From positions 1,280,001 through 1,344,000 of the forward strand of contig JBEKFP010000001.1 in assembly GCA_050013255.1 (NCBI GenBank): a DNA stretch of 64,000 bases, written 5' to 3'. Every line of letters starts with the position of its first letter. Positions within the stretch are counted from its first letter, which is position 1. The translations under genes and the position numbers were made by a program. Origin of the DNA: Candidatus Bathyarchaeia archaeon (lineage in GTDB: Archaea > Thermoproteota > Bathyarchaeia > 40CM-2-53-6). Below the pieces are notes generated by a model, which saw nothing but the letters and a program-made list of their open reading frames with translations, searched no databases and had not been told where the DNA came from. Positions 46,711 through 56,489 of the stretch are shown here, in pieces.

Positions 46711-49305
46711 ATGAAGACTTCTCGGAAATGGACCGCTGCGCTAATCATAATTGTATTGATTGTGGGTATTGTAGTCGCGACCACGTATCTCACGCGTCGA
46801 CCAGCACCTTCAATTTCAGTTGCGCCAACAACCTTCGTCACTGAACAGGGAACAGCGATAACGTTCACCGTATTCGGAGTTGAGTCTAACGGAATGGCGA
46901 CAGTCTATTTTGGTGATGGCCACGAAGCGAACACAACCTCCACCGTATCCTACGCTTACCCTAATCCAGGTCGGTATCTGGTGGCGGCTCAGGAGTTCGT
47001 TAACGGTCAACCTGTGTCCTCAACGTTCAACGCCCTGCAAACCATTCAGGTCACACCGCGGGTCAGCGAATCCCTTGCCCCGTTGATTTCTGTGCCTGCA
47101 GTAGCCTTCGACATTGCCAGGAACCCTTCTGCTCCAGTTGTTCGGGTAGGTGATAACGTAATCCTGTACGGTGGCTTCCTTCAACCACCAACTGGAACCA
47201 ACATGACCATCACCCGGTACGAGTGGGACTTTGGTAACGGAGCCACCAAAACCGTTCCCGCGAACAGGACCTCATTCAACCCTGCCAATAACCCGACAAC
47301 AACGTACACTCAAGCCGGCCTATACCCGGTTACATTGACGCTGGTAACTGAAAATTCAACAAGCATGGCAACATACCGGACTTCGATCGAGCAGACAGTT
47401 GCGGTTGGTTCCGGATCTCAGCCTTATACTGTGTTCTTGTATGCAGGTATCGTGCCGAACCCATCCATCATAAACGTGGCTGAAAACTGGGCCGGCGGCC
47501 CATTCTCCTTCGACCCTCAGATAGATGCTGAGGCTAACGGCGTCGAAATTGAACTTAACATATTCAGCACTCTACTCATGTACAATGGTTCATCCACTAC
47601 CCAATTCATCCCAGTGGCTGCAGCTCAAGTTCCATCCGTGGCTAACGGAGGTATATCGTCGGACTACACGAGCTACAGGTTCCAAATCAGAACCGGCCTG
47701 AAATTCTCGAATGGTGACCCGCTTACAGCATACGATGTTTGGTTCTCGATGGTAAGGGACATGCTGTTCGTTGGCGGCAGTCCAACAACTCAAGGGTGGA
47801 TTCTGGCCCAATACCTCATTCCGGGAGCATCCGCAGGCGTACCCGTCATGACCGTTCCCAACGATACAGCCGACTTCAACGCAATCTTGAACGCGTTGAC
47901 CTACAGCAACTCATCAAACACAGTAACCTTCAGGCTTATGCGCCCAACAGCATCGCAACTGTTCTTTACGTCACTTGTTCTTTACGGCGCTAGCATCGTT
48001 GACGCCACTTGGTTGAATGGGGTAGGCGCTGGGATAACGTTCACGCCTGCCGGCTTCTACGCTTACCAGAACCAAGGCAATCAGGGAAGCTACAATTTGA
48101 AGGCTCAGTGGACTCCGGTCGCTTCAGGCCCCTACATGATTCAGAGCTACGCTCCAGGGCAGTCAGTTACACTCGTTTCGAATCCTGGATTCCCAGGAGT
48201 CCCAGGCATTCCCGTCGTGAACAACACGGTGGTGATTCAATGGGTCAACGATCCTGAAACGGCATATAACCTGTTCACGAGTGGGCAGGCCGACATAGTC
48301 TCAGGTCTACCGACGGACTACCTTGCACTCATACCAAAGCAAATTGCAAACGGAAAAGCGGCCATGTATCAAACGCCACCACTTAATTGCAACGCTTTCG
48401 ATTTCAATCTTGACATCAATGTAACCAACATGAAGACTGTTTTCGGACCGCAGTACCACGTTCCCCCGGACTATTTCGCTAACCTTGACGTGAGGGAGGC
48501 GTTCGCTTACGCCTTCAACTACACCAACTACGTTGACGAAATATTAGGAAACCGAAAGTACGGGATAGATTTCGGAAGCAGTTATGCAGGGGTCATTGTA
48601 CCGGGCCTACCAGACTACGTACCGCCAAGCCAATTGCAGAATGTTCCCACATACGACCTGGCAAAAGCCAAGCAACTCTTGCAGCAATCAGGCGAATACG
48701 GGACCTCGATCAACATTCCGGTAGGCAACTGGGCCGGTGACACTAACAGTTTCGCCGGAGCGCAGATGTGGGCTGCTGCCCTAAACTCGATTGACCCGAA
48801 CATAGTAATGACCCCTGTCTACATTAGAAACGGTAACATGGGCGTTCCCGGCCAGAATCCGATTCCAATCATGGAGGCAACGTGGGGGGCGGATTACCCT
48901 TATCCGTCGGACTTCGTCGATGCATTTTACAAACAGGGAGGCTATTACCCGGCTCCGAACAGCTGGGCTGTGAACCAATTCAATTTGACAGGCCATGCTC
49001 AGCAGGCTACGATGTTCGCCCAGATGAATTCATTAATCCAGATAGCAGACTCAACAACAAACGCCACCTTGGCAGCTCAGGATTACAAGGCGGCGGAGCA
49101 AATAGCGATCAACCTCTACATGTACGTTTACACAGTCGACCCCAACTATTTCTGGGTCGCTCAGCCATACATGAATGGGTACCAGGGGCAGATCTCGTAC
49201 GAAGAGAATCCGATGCTCGGAGGCTACCTATTGGGAGTGTACTTTTGGTGGGTTAAGACCTGCGGCTCCGTCCAAGCTTGTTCCGGCCGAAACGTAGGCC
49301 CCTAG
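46711..49305 (+). CDS. Family 5 ABC solute-binding protein with two PKD domains (no adjacent permease)
   Basis: N-terminal TM; YFGDG and WDFGNG PKD motifs; KFSNGDPLTAYDV, SGPY, VREAF. Confidence 0.88.
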   Translation: MKTSRKWTAALIIIVLIVGIVVATTYLTRRPAPSISVAPTTFVTEQGTAITFTVFGVESNGMATVYFGDGHEANTTSTVSYAYPNPGRYLVAAQEFVNGQPVSSTFNALQTIQVTPRVSESLAPLISVPAVAFDIARNPSAPVVRVGDNVILYGGFLQPPTGTNMTITRYEWDFGNGATKTVPANRTSFNPANNPTTTYTQAGLYPVTLTLVTENSTSMATYRTSIEQTVAVGSGSQPYTVFLYAGIVPNPSIINVAENWAGGPFSFDPQIDAEANGVEIELNIFSTLLMYNGSSTTQFIPVAAAQVPSVANGGISSDYTSYRFQIRTGLKFSNGDPLTAYDVWFSMVRDMLFVGGSPTTQGWILAQYLIPGASAGVPVMTVPNDTADFNAILNALTYSNSSNTVTFRLMRPTASQLFFTSLVLYGASIVDATWLNGVGAGITFTPAGFYAYQNQGNQGSYNLKAQWTPVASGPYMIQSYAPGQSVTLVSNPGFPGVPGIPVVNNTVVIQWVNDPETAYNLFTSGQADIVSGLPTDYLALIPKQIANGKAAMYQTPPLNCNAFDFNLDINVTNMKTVFGPQYHVPPDYFANLDVREAFAYAFNYTNYVDEILGNRKYGIDFGSSYAGVIVPGLPDYVPPSQLQNVPTYDLAKAKQLLQQSGEYGTSINIPVGNWAGDTNSFAGAQMWAAALNSIDPNIVMTPVYIRNGNMGVPGQNPIPIMEATWGADYPYPSDFVDAFYKQGGYYPAPNSWAVNQFNLTGHAQQATMFAQMNSLIQIADSTTNATLAAQDYKAAEQIAINLYMYVYTVDPNYFWVAQPYMNGYQGQISYEENPMLGGYLLGVYFWWVKTCGSVQACSGRNVGP

Positions 49306-49440
49306 TAAGAGAACTTATTGCTTGAGCGACTGATGAGTCGTTCATTCTTCGCTCAGACTTCGATTTTCGTGTGCGTATTCTATGGCGTCGTAGTGGGCGG
49401 GCGTCGTAATTTGAACCGTCGTACGTCGTCGTTTGGAAAA

Positions 49441-49473
49441 GTGTGTGTGCGCACCAGCCTACCCACACACACA
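49441..49473 (-). repeat. Hairpin repeat, copy 3 (inverted)
   Basis: Reverse complement tgtgtgtgtgggtaggctggtgcgcacacacac. Confidence 0.85.
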
Positions 49474-49500
49474 GAACGAAGGGAAAGATAGACAAACCGC

Positions 49501-50202
49501 CTACTCTTCGAGCGTGACTTCGAAATTGTCTCCGACTCTGAGTGCGTGCCAGTGTCCGTCGTAGTCCACGCCTCTCATACTCCTTATCCTGATCAGATTT
49601 CTAGCAGGGTTACTCGCTTCATCAAGTTTGACATCAATGATGCCGTCTACGGCGGCTTCAAAGTTCCTGTATACCCAATTGCTGTGAAGATTGGTGATGA
49701 TACCTTCGATTGTCGTCGATTGCGTCATCGGGCTACTGGCGAAACCTCTGGTGAGAGCGTACTCGACCCATGCTTTTTCATCATTGAACCTGGCCATATT
49801 TGAGAAATTATCCATTATTCTCAAGTATTCGGGTCGTGGAGGGCCTTCCATGAAAGACCGCATCATTTCAATGCTCATGTCGGCCACCTTCAACGAATCT
49901 ACGCTGAGTTTTTCTTTGGATTTCCTTCCTAAAGTACACGTGTACCAATCCCAGATTCTTAGCCTATCGTTCCGTTCGAGTTCCTCGACATTCAATCCAA
50001 GCCGTTTGAGATTGGAGCGTACCGAGACCGGCGGTTGACCACATATCGTGCAACTGGCAACCCCTCCTGACTTTATCCATCCCGCCGTGATCGTTAACAC
50101 GACACTGTACCACAATGATGCAGGATCATATTCCACCAGTATGTTATATCCGGGCGGTACAGGTCCCTTAGTCAAGTCTTCGATTAACGGAATCCTCGGC
50201 AA
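49501..50202 (-). CDS. KaiC/RAD55-like protein with degenerate Walker A
   Basis: IPLIEDLTKGPVP, YDPASLWY at the P-loop position, VDGIID, IRSMRG. Confidence 0.8.
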   Translation of the reverse strand: MPRIPLIEDLTKGPVPPGYNILVEYDPASLWYSVVLTITAGWIKSGGVASCTICGQPPVSVRSNLKRLGLNVEELERNDRLRIWDWYTCTLGRKSKEKLSVDSLKVADMSIEMMRSFMEGPPRPEYLRIMDNFSNMARFNDEKAWVEYALTRGFASSPMTQSTTIEGIITNLHSNWVYRNFEAAVDGIIDVKLDEASNPARNLIRIRSMRGVDYDGHWHALRVGDNFEVTLEE

Positions 50203-50242
50203 TCAGAACACACGAGAGTCCTCTGTTCTAGCAGATTTGTAG

Positions 50243-50290
50243 TTTTCGTGTGTGTGTGGGTCTAATGGTGCGCACACACACACACACTTT
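50243..50290 (+). repeat. Hairpin repeat, copy 4
   Basis: ttttcgtgtgtgtgtgggtctaatggtgcgcacacacacacacacttt. Confidence 0.85.
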
Positions 50291-50553
50291 GAAACGGTTG
50301 GAGTAGGTATTTGTGGTTAGGGGAAGTGTCGCCTAACAAGCCCTCCGGCCGGATGCACGGAATCCGACTCCCGAAAGATCCCTCTCCAGACCCGGCCGCA
50401 TGTGTCATTTGGCAGAAATCCAGCCGGAACCGGACTTTGCGCACTAATGGAACCAATAGGACGGAAGAATCTTCAGTTCAAATTTGGTCGTCCGCACCAT
50501 TGGTACCATCACACTAAACGAACGACAAACATTGGTTCGATTACTACATCAAG

Positions 50554-51363
50554 TCAACGCTGTGTTTGCGCTCGCTTGCCCCTCCACCGGTGGTAAAGCG
50601 AGACGCATGCAGTGATGACGACTGAGTAACCGAGCAATTGTGAAACTGTTTTGCCAGTCGTGTTGTATAAGAAATAATGGCACGACAAGTAGATGGACTG
50701 CAAGTCAACGAAGTTTGTAGCATTAAGTGAAATATCATCGAAATACACTTTTCCACCTTCGGCGCTCTCCAACATAATGCGATTTATGTGAGGGTCAAAG
50801 AAATCTGGAAGATACCTTTCCATCAGTTTTGATATATCCACCGAAATATGTACCCATGAGTTCTCGGGCTCGCGATTGAACTGCAAGTAAATGCCGCCGA
50901 TATCTACGCCCGGATTTGGTTCGAAAACTGCTGCTAGGTCTTCAGTGTTATCGGGCGTAACAGTAATGTCGACATAATATGTTGGACCATTTGTAGTTGG
51001 CAGAAAATAGAGATGAAAAAGCGCCTGTGGTTCTTTCCCTCCTCCACTCGCATTCAAGAGAGTGTAGAAGCCTAACTGCATGCTAGGGAAAATGGATACG
51101 GGATCGAGTTTCTGAAGAAAGCCCACGCCTCCTCCTGTCAAACGTAGACTGTGCGACCCAGTTCTGGAAACTGTACGCACTATGTCAACTCCACCACGGG
51201 CTAAAGGAGGCGGCCCGAGTTCCCAGCCCTTCATTCCATCCTCAAAACCTCCGTTTACCACCAAGTCTGTAGTCGAGGTTTTGCTTGCATAAATCGTAAA
51301 GAATGTTCCCAATAGCAACAGAATGATCATGAAGATCAGTATCATTCTGCTATGCTGAGTCAT
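50554..51363 (-). CDS. Membrane-anchored protein with CBM4/9-like domain
   Basis: LVVNGGFE...W...VYFDDISL; N- and C-terminal TM. Confidence 0.7.
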   Translation of the reverse strand: MTQHSRMILIFMIILLLLGTFFTIYASKTSTTDLVVNGGFEDGMKGWELGPPPLARGGVDIVRTVSRTGSHSLRLTGGGVGFLQKLDPVSIFPSMQLGFYTLLNASGGGKEPQALFHLYFLPTTNGPTYYVDITVTPDNTEDLAAVFEPNPGVDIGGIYLQFNREPENSWVHISVDISKLMERYLPDFFDPHINRIMLESAEGGKVYFDDISLNATNFVDLQSIYLSCHYFLYNTTGKTVSQLLGYSVVITACVSLYHRWRGKRAQTQR

Positions 51364-51655
51364 TTAGCAGACCTAGGTAAATGGAGGGCACAGACCCTTC
51401 CGTTTGCAACCGGCAGGCAACTACTGCCGTATGAAGTATGCCTAACGCTCGGTAATAATTCTGGTGCCAATTTCCATCGTAATTGTAGCCCCCACATAAA
51501 TCAAGGACGGTTCAAACCTGCCTTCCCGCACGAAGAGATTCACAGACACTGAAAATTGAACGAACGACGGCGGTTCATGTGAGTCTACTGCTGGAACGAA
51601 AAGAAAATCTAGTATCGCAAGTGATCCCCCCTTCACATTGAAAACGAGTGTGCAT

Positions 51656-53344
51656 CTATCTGTAGATCGCCATGAACGCGTCCTCCGGATGCCTTACGAG
51701 ACTTCTTCTATTGTCTGTTAGCAATCTTGTTGTAGTAGATTCGACGAAATCCGAACTCTTGAAGACATTTTTGTAATCAAAGAAGTTGTTGTGTGCCGTT
51801 GTGTACTCTTCGAAGTATGCATTGATTTCTGGAACCAACAGCAGCCACAATTTGGCTATCGCTGGCTTCAGCCGCAGACCTTGATCCTTGACACAGGCGA
51901 TTGGATCCCGCATAAATTTCATTCCCAATTCATCCTCGTTTAGGACCTTAGCAACGAGGTGAAGAAAGAAGAAATGAGCGAGACCGTAGTTCTGGATTTG
52001 CGGATTGTCAAGGCTCGACATATTGTACAGTATCGTCTTGTAGATTAGATAGGCGAAGTAAATCTTCGCAGCTGTTGTGTGCCTGGAAAAAATGTCGCTG
52101 TACCGTTCTCCGAAAAGTCTAGCCTTCAAGTGCGTATTTTGAGGATTCCCAAGATAAAATGCCTCGATCAGCTGTGCTGCCAAATCTAACTCAATGACGT
52201 CGGAATATCCTGCTTCGGATTCTCCTCTCTTTCTCTTGTAGAGCACATGGTTCCCTGTAAGTTCACTGAACTCGGTTTGGATTGCTTTGTGGACCCTGTC
52301 ATCCGCCTTGAGATCTTGCAACCTTATGGGATTCTGGTTGTTAGTGTAGTATGTAATCTCATTAACGAGCGAAGATGTCTGTTCTAGCCGGATTATTTTC
52401 GCAAGTAAATGCATGTTGTTCGTGATTTTGTTTCTGTTCTCGTAAAGTGCGAGCATTGACTGACAACCGTTGATAACAGAGTAGTTTCCCAAAATCAATG
52501 TTGAACCATTTTGTTCTAAGCTATCGCAGACCAATGTTATCCCATTGTGAAAGAGGAAGAATTTATCGTGCTTGGAGGTGTCTTCGATAGTTTTCTTGAT
52601 GTCTCTGTTCACACGGGTTCTGCCCAAGCCATATCTCACATTTCGGTAGAACAGAGTCTTGTCTTGTATCCCGTTCAGTTTCATAAGCTCGAGTGCGGGG
52701 ATGGCGTAAACCCTTGTGATCATGCCGCCAGGCAAATCATATTGGATCTTGGTGACATTTGTTAACTGTAAAGGAGTTGAACCTGTGGCAATTTCTGTAT
52801 CTGCGAAGTAGGTGTACTCTTTGAAAATATTGGGGAGATCGTGGCCTATCATTGCTCCCTCGTTTATCTTGAGAAATTCTTTAGCATCGATATTGAATAC
52901 TTTGTTCGTTACAAAGTGTGTGTATACAGGATACCCGTCGGAGATTCGTTCGAATACCTTTGTTGCCCTCACTAAGGCTTTCAGTTCCTCACTCGCTGTG
53001 CCACTTAGGAGGGCGTCGATAGTGGTTACGCTATTGAACCATTGCTTGGCTCCTACGAAATTTCTTAGGTCATTGTCGCCTTGGTCCCTTGCGTAATCGG
53101 GTGAAAATTTTGCCTGAAATAAGTGTACTTCTTCTTCATCTTCATCTGCATAGATGCCGTCAATTCCTTTGTCATTGGAGCTATCACACACTGCCGCAAT
53201 CGCATCCTCTTCTTCCAACCTGAAGAAGTTGCGTAGATACCACATAAGAAAAGATGCGCTCTCGGTTCTTCCTTCAGAATAATACCGCTCGACCTCAGTA
53301 CGCATTCTACTGTCAAAGCCTGGTTGGTCCAATCGACAACTCAT
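51656..53344 (-). CDS. AIPR family (abortive infection phage resistance) protein
   Basis: DKGIDG...FQAK N-terminal domain; NVRYGLG, FHNGIT, INGCQS, TNNQN. Confidence 0.92.
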   Translation of the reverse strand: MSCRLDQPGFDSRMRTEVERYYSEGRTESASFLMWYLRNFFRLEEEDAIAAVCDSSNDKGIDGIYADEDEEEVHLFQAKFSPDYARDQGDNDLRNFVGAKQWFNSVTTIDALLSGTASEELKALVRATKVFERISDGYPVYTHFVTNKVFNIDAKEFLKINEGAMIGHDLPNIFKEYTYFADTEIATGSTPLQLTNVTKIQYDLPGGMITRVYAIPALELMKLNGIQDKTLFYRNVRYGLGRTRVNRDIKKTIEDTSKHDKFFLFHNGITLVCDSLEQNGSTLILGNYSVINGCQSMLALYENRNKITNNMHLLAKIIRLEQTSSLVNEITYYTNNQNPIRLQDLKADDRVHKAIQTEFSELTGNHVLYKRKRGESEAGYSDVIELDLAAQLIEAFYLGNPQNTHLKARLFGERYSDIFSRHTTAAKIYFAYLIYKTILYNMSSLDNPQIQNYGLAHFFFLHLVAKVLNEDELGMKFMRDPIACVKDQGLRLKPAIAKLWLLLVPEINAYFEEYTTAHNNFFDYKNVFKSSDFVESTTTRLLTDNRRSLVRHPEDAFMAIYR

Positions 53345-53416
53345 CTCAGGAAGACGCGGTCTGATGTTTCATTTAGTACTTATGGAGTCGAAAACCAAGG
53401 GCTCCTTGTCGATCCG

Positions 53417-54640
53417 CTAGCCAGTATCTAGATGACCTAACTTCTCTCTAACCTTACGGCGAATCGTAAAAGAACTCCTGCCTCTGGCGTTCTTACGGAG
53501 GTAATGAAGAGTGCTCTTACCAATACCTAGCTCTGTCGCTTCCTTTTGAGTCAGCGAGAGAATTCTACGCCTGACCCCTATACCGTCCGACCTACTCAAA
53601 TCAACAAACGGCTGCGTGAAGTCGAGCAAACTTGCTTTTCCCACCAAGTGCCTGCTTAGCTCTGTAGCTTTGTGCTCGATAATCGTATCCCATTTGAACA
53701 CCTGCCCGTTGTACTTGACGCCGGAATTGAAGCGCTCTCTCAAAACATCAACAAACCTGATTTTCGCCGCCACATCAAAGTGATATCGATAATCGTCCCC
53801 TGTGAAATAGAAGCTTGGCAGATCTAGTATTCCTGACTCGAAAGCTTCGAACACTGAAGTGTCAATAAGCCATCGGAAAGGCTCCTCCAGGTCATAAACA
53901 AGTGACTGTTTGGTCTGATATGCACTGAATTCGTGCAAGAAGCCCGCAGATGGTTCAAGTCCGACAGTATTGATCGCACGTCTGCATTCCCCCTCCAAGA
54001 ATCCATAGCCGTAGTTCAATGCCAAGTTAACTGGATCAGACGCATTGTTCTGGTGGCTGGTAGTCATACGTCCATGAAAATCCAATGATTCTGGCAAAAC
54101 TTTGGCATACGCAAACCAATACTTTGTTGCTACACGTCCCTCAACTGAACGCAAATCCGCAACTGTGCGGGCGATACCAATCCGTGCGATTTCCTTCTTG
54201 GCAAGTTGCATCTCCTTTTCGATGTCGTAACGTTGTGCAAGCCAATCTAGCACCTGAAGACTTCGCGCAATCTTGGCCTGCACAATGCATTTCGCGATTG
54301 CATACTTCTTTGCAGGGTCTGCGCAGGCCCGGAACTGAGCCGCACGCAAATCAGCCTTAATGGGCATTGGCGGGAGAATACTCGAAATCAGGCTTCCGTC
54401 AAAGTTCAGTACGAAAACCGGAATCCGGTTCCGCGACAACCAGTGGAAAGCCTGCAGGGAAACGTATCCGCTATGCCCGTCTATGATTATGCTACTATGC
54501 CGGAACCGGCGCGGCCGGAATATGTACACGGATCCCGTCCGTCCATCTTCCCGGCCATCCGTAACCTCAAGCTCAGACCGGGACCGTAAATTCCGCACCC
54601 GGATCTTCACGCCCCAACCGGATAGGTGGAGTGGATTCAT
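53417..54640 (-). CDS. cas1: Cas1-solo integrase (casposase-like) with C-terminal HTH
   Basis: EGRVA..YW, NASDPVN..LNYGY, GFLH, LVYDLEEPFRWLID; C-terminal ATELGIGKSTLHYL; no cas2 or CRISPR array nearby. Confidence 0.92.
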   Translation of the reverse strand: MNPLHLSGWGVKIRVRNLRSRSELEVTDGREDGRTGSVYIFRPRRFRHSSIIIDGHSGYVSLQAFHWLSRNRIPVFVLNFDGSLISSILPPMPIKADLRAAQFRACADPAKKYAIAKCIVQAKIARSLQVLDWLAQRYDIEKEMQLAKKEIARIGIARTVADLRSVEGRVATKYWFAYAKVLPESLDFHGRMTTSHQNNASDPVNLALNYGYGFLEGECRRAINTVGLEPSAGFLHEFSAYQTKQSLVYDLEEPFRWLIDTSVFEAFESGILDLPSFYFTGDDYRYHFDVAAKIRFVDVLRERFNSGVKYNGQVFKWDTIIEHKATELSRHLVGKASLLDFTQPFVDLSRSDGIGVRRRILSLTQKEATELGIGKSTLHYLRKNARGRSSFTIRRKVREKLGHLDTG

Positions 54641-55641
54641 CTTTGATCCTCCAGATCAAGAGCGGATAATAATGCGTAGCTGTCTTCGCGAAGCCATCCT
54701 CGGATCTCATTGAAGATGTCCCCGCGTTCTGACCACAGCTTCTCCAACCTATCCAAATCAGCCCAAGGCTTGGCCATATGATTGAACACAATCTTCCGCC
54801 CTACCCCTGTGAGTCGATTGATGTGCTTTGACGCCCCACGCGATAGTCTCCACCACACTTGGAAATCTGCAGATCGAAGGAAATCCAAAACCTCTACAAC
54901 CAACCGCATGTAACGTTTCGCCAGCTCGGGGTTCGACCAAGCCAAATCAATGAGCTCCAATATACTCTGCTTCGATTGCGCGCGAGCTTTGACTGTCGCC
55001 TCCGCGTGGAAGTCAACGAAGTGAGCAAAGGCCTTGAGAATAGCTTCGCGAACAGGTGTTCGAGAAATCATTTCGTCCGCTTCAAGCAAACGCTGCGCCA
55101 GATCGTCTTCAGAAGCCTGCTCAATGTTGAGACCCTTGTGAGATAATTCTCTTAACACTGCGAGAAGTCGATTCTTTCCATCAATTGGTTGCAGAAACAG
55201 GACCAACATTGTCTGCGCCAAGTTTGCGTGTAAGACACAAGTTCTGATCAGTGAGGGAAAGGTCTTCGATTGAAGGATCTTGGGAAAGGCTGCACAAAGA
55301 ATAACACCTTTGTCGGTGAGAGTATAGCTGAACCTTTTGACTCGCTTCTCACTGGTTTCCTGCCTTCGACGAAGTAATCCAAGGTCATGGAGGAGCGGGA
55401 GCACTCTTCGTCTGGTTTCTCCTCCGACCTGATAGTCCTTCACGAGGAGGTAATTGTTGACCTTGCCATTTTCAGCCGCAACCAAAACAACTGCAAGAGT
55501 TGCATGGAGACCCTTCTTGACCATAGGGTCGTAGGCTGGGCTCCTGAAGTTCAGGCTAGGAAACAGCATGAGTAACTCAGGATCTGCCCGAGCCGCATCC
55601 TTCTGCATTCTTCTAAAATCTAGCTGAGCCTTTGTTCCCAT
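54637..55641 (-). CDS. Hypothetical protein with N-terminal wHTH
   Basis: LHDLGLL...YTLTDKG; ATGA overlap with cas1. Confidence 0.7.
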   Translation of the reverse strand: MGTKAQLDFRRMQKDAARADPELLMLFPSLNFRSPAYDPMVKKGLHATLAVVLVAAENGKVNNYLLVKDYQVGGETRRRVLPLLHDLGLLRRRQETSEKRVKRFSYTLTDKGVILCAAFPKILQSKTFPSLIRTCVLHANLAQTMLVLFLQPIDGKNRLLAVLRELSHKGLNIEQASEDDLAQRLLEADEMISRTPVREAILKAFAHFVDFHAEATVKARAQSKQSILELIDLAWSNPELAKRYMRLVVEVLDFLRSADFQVWWRLSRGASKHINRLTGVGRKIVFNHMAKPWADLDRLEKLWSERGDIFNEIRGWLREDSYALLSALDLEDQR

Positions 55642-55679
55642 TATACTGTCAGTCTCCTATGCTGTCAGTTGACAGTATA
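55642..55679. promoter_or_regulatory. Nested inverted repeats in a divergent promoter (putative operator)
   Basis: TATACTGTCA...TGACAGTATA and inner CTGTCA-GT-TGACAG. Confidence 0.55.
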
Positions 55680-55741
55680 CTGCCCGTACTTCATGACATA
55701 AACTTCGCCTTTTGCTAGACTTCACGTGAGGTCAAGAGTAA

Positions 55742-56110
55742 ATGAAGATGGTTCGATCGTATAGTATGACTGTCAGCAACACATGGTATGACAAAGAGGC
55801 GGGGGGAGCGAAAGAATACGAGTTGCACTTTACCGTCGCAAGACGAGGCAGCATCAAGACAGTTCGTCGAAGGTTAGCCCGTAGAGGAGTTCCATACTTT
55901 CAAAACTACGTCTACGGCCGCGTGAAAAAGTGGATTCCTAGGAAGAATGTCAAAGTCCGCTTCGAGCGCGAGGAACCCGCTGCGAAAAGTGAAGGGAAGA
56001 TCAGCATCGAGGGTCGGAACATGTTGTTCCGGGGGAGGCGATGGTGGGCGTACCCACTCGGCAAGTTGCAGTTGAGCTACGCGAAAAGGAGGCGAAAACG
56101 AGGTGCGTAA
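55742..56110 (+). CDS. Basic hypothetical protein
   Basis: Arg/Lys-rich; overlaps the next gene. Confidence 0.65.
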   Translation: MKMVRSYSMTVSNTWYDKEAGGAKEYELHFTVARRGSIKTVRRRLARRGVPYFQNYVYGRVKKWIPRKNVKVRFEREEPAAKSEGKISIEGRNMLFRGRRWWAYPLGKLQLSYAKRRRKRGA

Positions 56111-56468
56111 CGTAAACGTCCTAAAGGTCGATAAGGACTGCGTGGTACCGGAGAACTGGATTCAGGATTACATATCGGTAGTTTTGACCGTCTGCAAGTG
56201 GTTCGGAGTTTCGGTCATATCGATCGGGGCTTGCAAGAGTCGCATGAAGGGCCTTCACTTCTACATCGAAATAGCACCATCTGTCGAACCGGAAGTTGCC
56301 AACCGTCTTCAATGGCTCATAGGCGACGACTGCCAGCGCGTGGACTTCAACCGGGCCCGCATAGAATCAGGACTTGATTGTTGGAATAAATTGTTTGAAG
56401 TCGCCGGCAGAAGGTTGCGAACAATCTACGGAACCCAACAGCATTCGCTGAGAAACACCGCGTATTGA
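56103..56468 (+). CDS. Minimal AEP primase-like protein (putative)
   Basis: KVDKD (DxD), SRMKGLHFY and GDD occur in AEP motif I-II-III order. Confidence 0.5.
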   Translation: MRNVNVLKVDKDCVVPENWIQDYISVVLTVCKWFGVSVISIGACKSRMKGLHFYIEIAPSVEPEVANRLQWLIGDDCQRVDFNRARIESGLDCWNKLFEVAGRRLRTIYGTQQHSLRNTAY

Positions 56469-56489
56469 CTGACAGGACTAGCGAGTCGT

